A stretch of 64,000 bases of DNA, from assembly GCA_963809395.1 (NCBI GenBank), contig CAWEJM010000029.1, positions 425 to 64,424 on the forward strand. Reading direction: 5' to 3'. The notes beneath the pieces were generated by a model. That model saw only the letters and a program-made list of their open reading frames with translations, was not told where the DNA came from and did no database searches. Positions 58,328-64,000 of the stretch are shown piece after piece (the stretch's first letter is position 1; each line of letters opens with the position of its first letter). The position numbers were made by a program, and so were the translations under genes. This stretch comes from an uncultured Actinomycetes bacterium (GTDB lineage Bacteria > Actinomycetota > Thermoleophilia > RBG-16-64-13).

Positions 58328-59776
58328 GGCGAGGTGCCTGTCTCCTCGCGCCGCGGTCCCACCAGCGAAGCGGCCACGCCGAGCACGCAGAGCACCGTGA
58401 AGATGGCGAAGCTGATGCGCACGCTGGTCAGGAGGTGCGGATAGTCGCCGGGCACGATCGCGTGCCTTCCCACGACGATCGCCAGCACCAGAGTGGCCAG
58501 ACCGAGACTGATGTTCTGCCCCGCCAGACGCATCGTCCCGATGGTCGCTGAGGCCACGCCCACGAAGCGCTTCTCCACGCTTCCCATGACCGCGCTCATG
58601 ATGGGCGAGGAGAAGAACGCGAATCCCAGGCCCAGGACGCAGAGCATGGCGATGATGTACCAGTAGGGGGTGGTCTCGGTCAGGAACACGAAGGCCAGCA
58701 GGCCCAGGACGCAGAGAGCCATGCCCGCCGAGGCCACCAAACGGGCCTCTACCCGGTCGGCCAGCCGGCCGGCCACCGGGGAGAAGGCAGCCTGGACGAA
58801 GGTCCCGGTCACAAGGACGAAGCCGGCGGTCTGGGGGTTGAGACCTCTTGTGTACTGCAGATAGAGGCTCATGAGGAAGGTCATGGCGAACGTGGCGGCG
58901 TAGTTGATGAACGTGGCCGCGTTCGAGTAGGCGAACACGCGGTTGCGGCGCAGCAGGTCGACGTTCAGCACCGGATCGGCCGCTCGAGTCTCCCACCACA
59001 AGAAAGCCGAGAGTCCCGACGACTCCCACGACGATGAGAAGCACTCCCAGCAGGCCGGGGAGCCACGAGAATCCCAGGAGCAGCGCCGAGAGCGCCAGGG
59101 CGTACGATCACCGAGCCGAGGATGTCGAAGCGGGCCCGCTTGGGTTCCCGCCAGTCGACGCCGCGCAGTTTCCAGGCAGGCGAGGGCCCAGTTGATCACG
59201 CCGAGGCCGCCTGCCACGTAGAAGAGGCCTCGCCAGCCCGATGTTGTGGATGATGATTCCCCCCAGCACGGGGCCGAGGGTGAGACCGAGGTAGACGCCG
59301 GCCACGTTCAGTCCCAGCGCTCGTCCGCGGGTCTCGGGCGGGTAGGCGAGGATGATCATGGCGGTGAAGCTGGCGAAGATCAGGGCCGCCCCCAGACCTT
59401 GGACGACCCGCAGCACGATCAGGACGAGCACCGAGGGAGAGAAGGCAGAAGCGAACGCGACGACGGTGAATACCGCCAGGCCCCATACGAAGATCCGCTT
59501 GCGGCCGTAGAGGTCGGAGATCCGTCCCACGGGCATGAGCACCGCCCCGGCGGCGAGGATGTAGGCGAGGGGGATCCAGCCCAAGGTCACCGCCGACACG
59601 TGGAACTCCGACTCGATCATCGGGAGGGCGATGTTGATCGATGACCCCATGAACGTCGACACGAACCCGGCCAGCGTGGTGACGATCAGCACCATGGTCT
59701 GATCGCGGGGGGCCAGGAGCGCGCCGCCCCCGCGGTCGACGAGCGGTCGGTGGTCTCGGTGGGGCGATGGCTTCAT
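58324..59776 (-). CDS. MFS DHA2 (EmrB/QacA-like) transporter, frameshifted
   Basis: SINIALP, GRISDLYGRKR, RVVQGLG, GPVLGG, GRLADR. Confidence 0.9.
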
Positions 59777-59894
59777 GGCCTGCCAGCGTACCAGGAAGCC
59801 GACGAGCGGGCGGGCGCGCGCCCGCTCGCCTCGCGCGGCGCGCCCGCCTCGCGGAGCCCTTGCCTCGCGGAGGCCGCGGCTCCATACTCTGCTG

Positions 59895-61085
59895 GTGACC
59901 CAGGGAACGAACTCAAACCCACCGACTTCATACGTGTCTCTCTACGCCACCATGTTCATGGTCGGCGTGGTGATGGTCTCGTTGGGTCCCATCCTGGACC
60001 CTACCCTCAAGGACTTCCACATACCTCTTTCCCTCGGGGGGCTCACTTCGGTGGGCTACGCCGTCGGGATGCTCGTGGGGGTGTTGGCGTTGAATTTCGC
60101 CCTGGCCCATGTGCCGGTGAAGTGGGGACTTATCGGGGCCGCGTGGCTGCAGACCGTGGGACTTGCCGCCGCCGGTGTTCTGGCGAGGGGATTGTGGTCG
60201 CTCTTCGCGGCCTATGTCGTGGTGGGGGCCGGCTGCGTGTTCCTCAACAGCCTTCCCGGGATGTGGATCACCTCCCACATCAAAGTGGGGACCGACCGGG
60301 CGATGGTCGTCCTGCTCCTCTCTTTTGCGGGCGGGATGATGATCACGCCTTTGGCGATCGGGGGCGCGCTGGGGCTGGGAGCCTCTTGGAGATGGGTGCT
60401 GATCGTCGAAGCCGGCCTCTCCCTGGTCCTGTCCATCGTGCTCACCGTTCTCCCGGTGTCCGACATCAAGGGCCGGCAGAATCTCAGCCTCGGTCGACTG
60501 CGAGAGGTGATCGGATTCAACCCCCGGCTGTTCGGGGCCGTGCTGGGCGCCTCGGTGCTGTACATCGGAGCGGAGTTCGTCCTCAACGTCTGGATGGCGA
60601 AGTTCGAGATCGACACGTTCGCCGTCGGCAAGACGGTCGCCAGCCTGGGGGTCACGCTGTTTTGGCTCGGCCTGGTCATAGGGAGGACGATAGCCGTCCC
60701 CTTGACGCGGCGGTTCCGAGCCTCGAGACTCTTGCTGGTCGGTACCGCGGTCATGGCCGTGTTCGCGCTGGGGATCGCCCTCTCCACCTCGCCCGAGATG
60801 TCCATGGTCATGGCGTTCCTGTCGGGGCTGGGCGCGTCGGCGGTGTTCCCTCTCATCCTCAGCTTTTCCGGCCGGTTCCCGGCGTGGCACGCGGGAGTGG
60901 TCTTCTCCGCGGTGATCATGGCCGGGGCTCTGGGGCGGATCATGTTCCCGTATGTAGTCGGTCCGATCGCCCACTCACTCGGCTTTCGGGTGGCCATAGG
61001 GCTCGCGTTCGTGCAGGCCGGCGCCCTGTCGTTGCTGTCGCTGTACCTGCATCGGGTCGCTGGAAGAGGCGAGGCTACCGGCTAG
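59895..61085 (+). CDS. MFS transporter (TsgA/FucP-like), paralog of 57096-58327
   Basis: Intact hydrophobic ORF; SLGPILDP, WRWVL, LYIGAE, FWLGLVIGR. Confidence 0.88.
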   Translation: MTQGTNSNPPTSYVSLYATMFMVGVVMVSLGPILDPTLKDFHIPLSLGGLTSVGYAVGMLVGVLALNFALAHVPVKWGLIGAAWLQTVGLAAAGVLARGLWSLFAAYVVVGAGCVFLNSLPGMWITSHIKVGTDRAMVVLLLSFAGGMMITPLAIGGALGLGASWRWVLIVEAGLSLVLSIVLTVLPVSDIKGRQNLSLGRLREVIGFNPRLFGAVLGASVLYIGAEFVLNVWMAKFEIDTFAVGKTVASLGVTLFWLGLVIGRTIAVPLTRRFRASRLLLVGTAVMAVFALGIALSTSPEMSMVMAFLSGLGASAVFPLILSFSGRFPAWHAGVVFSAVIMAGALGRIMFPYVVGPIAHSLGFRVAIGLAFVQAGALSLLSLYLHRVAGRGEATG

Positions 61086-61137
61086 GCGAGGTCTTGTATA
61101 CTGCTTTCTTTCCGATCCCGGAAGTGAGGATGATTTG

Positions 61138-62451
61138 ATGAGGGTCAACCCGGTCAGCCCTTCATCTGCGCATCTGTCGTACGCCATCCGAGACATCGTC
61201 AAGTTTGGCGAAATGGTGCGTCAGCATGGAGTGGAAATAACCTGGGAGAACATCGGCGACCCTATCGCCAAGGGGGAGGCTGTTGCTCCCTGGATCCGGG
61301 AGATAGTCCATGATGTCGTGGACATCGACAGTTCCTGGGGCTACTGTCCCACCGAAGGTTTCTTGGAGGTACGCCGGGCCCTAGCTGCGCATGTGAACGA
61401 TCGCCCGGGCGCCCGGGTCTCGGCCGACGACATCATCTTCTTCAACGGGGTCGCCGACGCGGTCTCCAAGGTATACGGATTCCTCAGCCCCAAGGCGCGG
61501 GTGATCGGTCCCTCGCCCGCCTACAGCACCCACTCCTCGGCCGAGTCCGCGCACTGCTCCCTGCCGCACATCATGTACGATCTGGACCCTGACAACGGGT
61601 GGATGCCCGACATGGTCGACCTGCGCGGCAAGGTGCAGGCCGACCCCTCCATCGCTGGGATCTTGATCATCAACCCGAACAATCCGACCGGGGCGGTCTA
61701 TCCCGTCAGAGTGCTGAAGGAGATCGTGGCTCTCGCTCGAGAGTTCGGGCTGTTCCTGGTGGCAGACGAGATCTACATCCATATGGTCTTTCCGGGTGTC
61801 GATAGCGCCCATCTTTCCGAGGTGGTCGGCGACGTCCCTGCCATCGTCATGCGCGGCATCTCCAAGGAGCTGCCTTGGCCGGGATCGCGCTGCGGATGGA
61901 TCGAGGTCCTCAACCGTGCGCAGGACCAGAACTTCGCCACCTACGTCGATTCCCTGGTGGCCGCCAAACGGCTCGAAGTGTGTTCCACCAGCGGGCCGCA
62001 ACTAGCTATACCGCGGATCTTCGGCGACCCTCGCTACCCCGCTCATCTGATCGAGCGCGCGGAGACCTACTCCGCTCGGGCGAGGGAGGCCCAGCGGATA
62101 CTGGGCACGGTTCCCGGGGTGAGGGTCAATCCGGTCCAGGGCGCCTTCTACATGACCGTCCTCTTCGAGGACGGCATCCTCAACGGTAGGAATGCGCTGC
62201 CCATAGCCGGCGCGCGACTGCGCGAGGTCGTGGAGAGCAAGGCCGCGGGAGCAGCTCCCGACGCCCGTTTTGTCTACCATCTGTTGGCTTCCACCGGCAT
62301 CTGCGTCGTGCCGCTCAGCGGGTTCTGTTCGCCGCACCCCGGTTTCCGCGTCACCCTTCTCGAGGCCGACGACGCCAAGCGCGGCTGGATGCTCCGCACG
62401 CCTCGCCGATGCCGTGGCAGAGTACGTGGAGAGTGGGAAAGAGCAGTCTAA
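61138..62451 (+). CDS. PLP-dependent aminotransferase class I (AlaA-like); 3' end may be frameshifted
   Basis: LSYAIRD, ENIGDP, INPNNPTGAVY, ADEIY, SKELPWPGSRCGW, GAFY. Confidence 0.9.
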   Translation: MRVNPVSPSSAHLSYAIRDIVKFGEMVRQHGVEITWENIGDPIAKGEAVAPWIREIVHDVVDIDSSWGYCPTEGFLEVRRALAAHVNDRPGARVSADDIIFFNGVADAVSKVYGFLSPKARVIGPSPAYSTHSSAESAHCSLPHIMYDLDPDNGWMPDMVDLRGKVQADPSIAGILIINPNNPTGAVYPVRVLKEIVALAREFGLFLVADEIYIHMVFPGVDSAHLSEVVGDVPAIVMRGISKELPWPGSRCGWIEVLNRAQDQNFATYVDSLVAAKRLEVCSTSGPQLAIPRIFGDPRYPAHLIERAETYSARAREAQRILGTVPGVRVNPVQGAFYMTVLFEDGILNGRNALPIAGARLREVVESKAAGAAPDARFVYHLLASTGICVVPLSGFCSPHPGFRVTLLEADDAKRGWMLRTPRRCRGRVRGEWERAV

Positions 62452-62606
62452 GCTCGAGTCGACGCTTCTCGCTCCGAGCTCATCATGCGAAGAGACAGAT
62501 CGTTGCTCGCTCGTCGAGATAAGCAGCTGAGAGGGGTTGAAGGGTGGCTCCCCGGCGTGTAGCGTGGTGACCGGTGGGTTCAACGCAGGGGAGAGGAGCG
62601 GTTGCC

Positions 62607-62891
62607 GTGCCTTACGTGCTCATCCAACATGCCGTGGAGGATTTCGCTCGATTCAAGTCCGTTTTCGACGACGAGGCTGAGCGGCGCAAGATGAACGGCT
62701 CCCAAGGCGGGCGTCTTTTTCGTTCTGTGACCGAGCCCGATGAGTTCGTGGCTCTGTTCGAATGGGCGGACAACGAGGGGGCGCTGAAGTTCACCGCCTC
62801 CTACGAGTTGCGGGAGGCCGTGGAGTGGGCCGGAGTCAAGGGCGAGGCGAAGATCATGGTCCTGGAGGAGGTTGAGAAGGTCGACGCCTAG
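62607..62891 (+). CDS. Small dimeric alpha-beta barrel (ABM/cyclase-like) protein
   Basis: VLIQHAVEDFARFKSVFD...LFRS...LFEW...LREAVEWAGV. Confidence 0.7.
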   Translation: MPYVLIQHAVEDFARFKSVFDDEAERRKMNGSQGGRLFRSVTEPDEFVALFEWADNEGALKFTASYELREAVEWAGVKGEAKIMVLEEVEKVDA

Positions 62892-63418
62892 ACGGCCGGG
62901 CGCAGGGTGAATCGCCAGCGACAGTCACACCCGGCCGGTCGTTCGCCGGGCGGCGCGAATTCGCACCGCACCTCGATCCGCGTGTCGACCTCGGCAGCCA
63001 TGCCTACGAACTCCCGGCGGTGCATCTCCTCACAGAGGTACTCCTGCATCCCGCGCCGGCGGCGCGCTTCCTGAGTGGCGCAGCACGGTACGCTGAGGAC
63101 GATCTCATCTGGGGATTCCTCTATCTGGTACTCGAGCAGAGCGGTCCAGGGATAGAGGCGCAAGACTTTGGCGAATCCCTCCAAGCCTTTCTCGGCGATC
63201 GCGAACCTGCTCATCAAGTCTCGGGTGGCTAGACCGGAGACCCGTCCCCACACCCGTTCGTTCAACTGCTCGGCGGCCGACTGGCTGTAATCCTCGGCCA
63301 TGTAGAGGAACCAGAAGCTGTCGACCACTCGGTAATGCCAGAGCAAGAAACCGAGATAGCTGCGCAGTTCCGATGGGTCCATGGTGTCGAAACGGGATAG
63401 GTCCATGTCGTTCAGCAT
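62888..63418 (-). CDS. DUF6125-like hypothetical protein
   Basis: VDSFWFL, C.TQEARRRRG..EYLC, C.FAPP....C.WRF Cys pattern. Confidence 0.7.
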   Translation of the reverse strand: MLNDMDLSRFDTMDPSELRSYLGFLLWHYRVVDSFWFLYMAEDYSQSAAEQLNERVWGRVSGLATRDLMSRFAIAEKGLEGFAKVLRLYPWTALLEYQIEESPDEIVLSVPCCATQEARRRRGMQEYLCEEMHRREFVGMAAEVDTRIEVRCEFAPPGERPAGCDCRWRFTLRPAV

Positions 63419-63434
63419 AGCGGAAAGGGAGTCC

Positions 63435-64000
63435 GTGAAGGAGAGCATACGCACGAGCAGGTCACTGGGAAGGCTTGTCAGCGGCGTCACCTACGTGGCG
63501 GCCTTCGGTGCAGCCGCGCTGGTGGTAGACGTCACCGGTGTCTCCCATCCCTTGGCGGCTCTGGGGCTGGGCACTCTGGTGGCCACAGTCGTCGTCTTCG
63601 CCGCCTCGGTGGTGACGGACAATTCCAGCATGTACGACCCTTACTGGAGTCTGCAACCCGTGGCCGTGGCCGGGTACTACCTGTGGACGGGGTGGGGCAG
63701 CTTGGGGCCGCGGCAGATCACGGTGACGATCCTCGTAGTCCTCTACGCCTTGCGGCTCACCAGCAACTTCTATCGCGACTGGCCCGGTCTGGGCAAGGAG
63801 GACTTCCGCTACGTAGCCTTCCGCGCCCGCTTTGGTCGGGCGTACTGGCCGGTGAGCTTCGCCGGCGTACATCTCTTTCCCACGATCATGGTGTACCTTG
63901 GCTGTCTCCCGCTGTACGCGGTCGCGCGATCCGGCGCTGCAGGTCTGAGCTGGCTCGACGCAGTGGGATACGTGGTGCTGCTGGGAGCGATAGTGCTCGC
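63435..64000 (+). CDS. DUF1295 / steroid 5-alpha-reductase-like membrane protein, 3' truncated by window
   Basis: Open frame from GTG 63435 (not in ORF track): DNSSMYDPYWS, RLTSNF.RDWPGLGKEDFRY, HLFPT. Confidence 0.85.
   Translation, partial: MKESIRTSRSLGRLVSGVTYVAAFGAAALVVDVTGVSHPLAALGLGTLVATVVVFAASVVTDNSSMYDPYWSLQPVAVAGYYLWTGWGSLGPRQITVTILVVLYALRLTSNFYRDWPGLGKEDFRYVAFRARFGRAYWPVSFAGVHLFPTIMVYLGCLPLYAVARSGAAGLSWLDAVGYVVLLGAIVL

Overview
GC-rich bacterial chromosome segment. Gene content (Rv1747-like ABC transporter, Hanks kinase, Rv0081-like ArsR, DUF6777, many Thr-rich lipoproteins, SLH protein, anaerobic Mo/Fe-S enzymes) suggests an anaerobic Actinomycetota member, possibly Thermoleophilia-like; this is inference. 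Most genes are broken by single-base frameshifts, including purC and a DEAD-box helicase, which points to uncorrected long-read indels rather than pseudogenes. Gene limits below are therefore stitched across frames and approximate. Main blocks: (1) 1-7.7 kb ABC exporter, Ser/Thr kinase-TPR, SLH lipoprotein and two tandem DUF6777-like genes with near-identical N-termini and unrelated C-termini; (2) 8.2-11.9 kb hot-dog thioesterase-luxE-like-luxC-like operon without luxAB; (3) SPFH/RHH/M29 peptidase, MFS, opp/dpp ABC, P-type ATPase and GNATs; (4) 25.8-33.2 kb ArsR plus a six-subunit hyfBCEFGI/Ehr-type complex whose large subunit keeps both CxxC motifs; (5) helicase and purC; (6) 37.9-55.7 kb, the strongest candidate for a new system: two paralogous pyrogallol-transhydroxylase-like Mo subunits, one Fe-S beta subunit, a 4-pyridoxolactonase-like enzyme, three LigW/2,3-DHB-decarboxylase-like amidohydrolases, a CocE/NonD hydrolase, TetR and a Tat-exported binding protein, suggesting O2-independent catabolism of a hydroxylated (hetero)aromatic lactone or ester; (7) aminotransferases, three MFS genes and small genes. 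No rRNA, tRNA, CRISPR array or transposase was recognised. Comparisons to reference proteins are from memory and need alignment.
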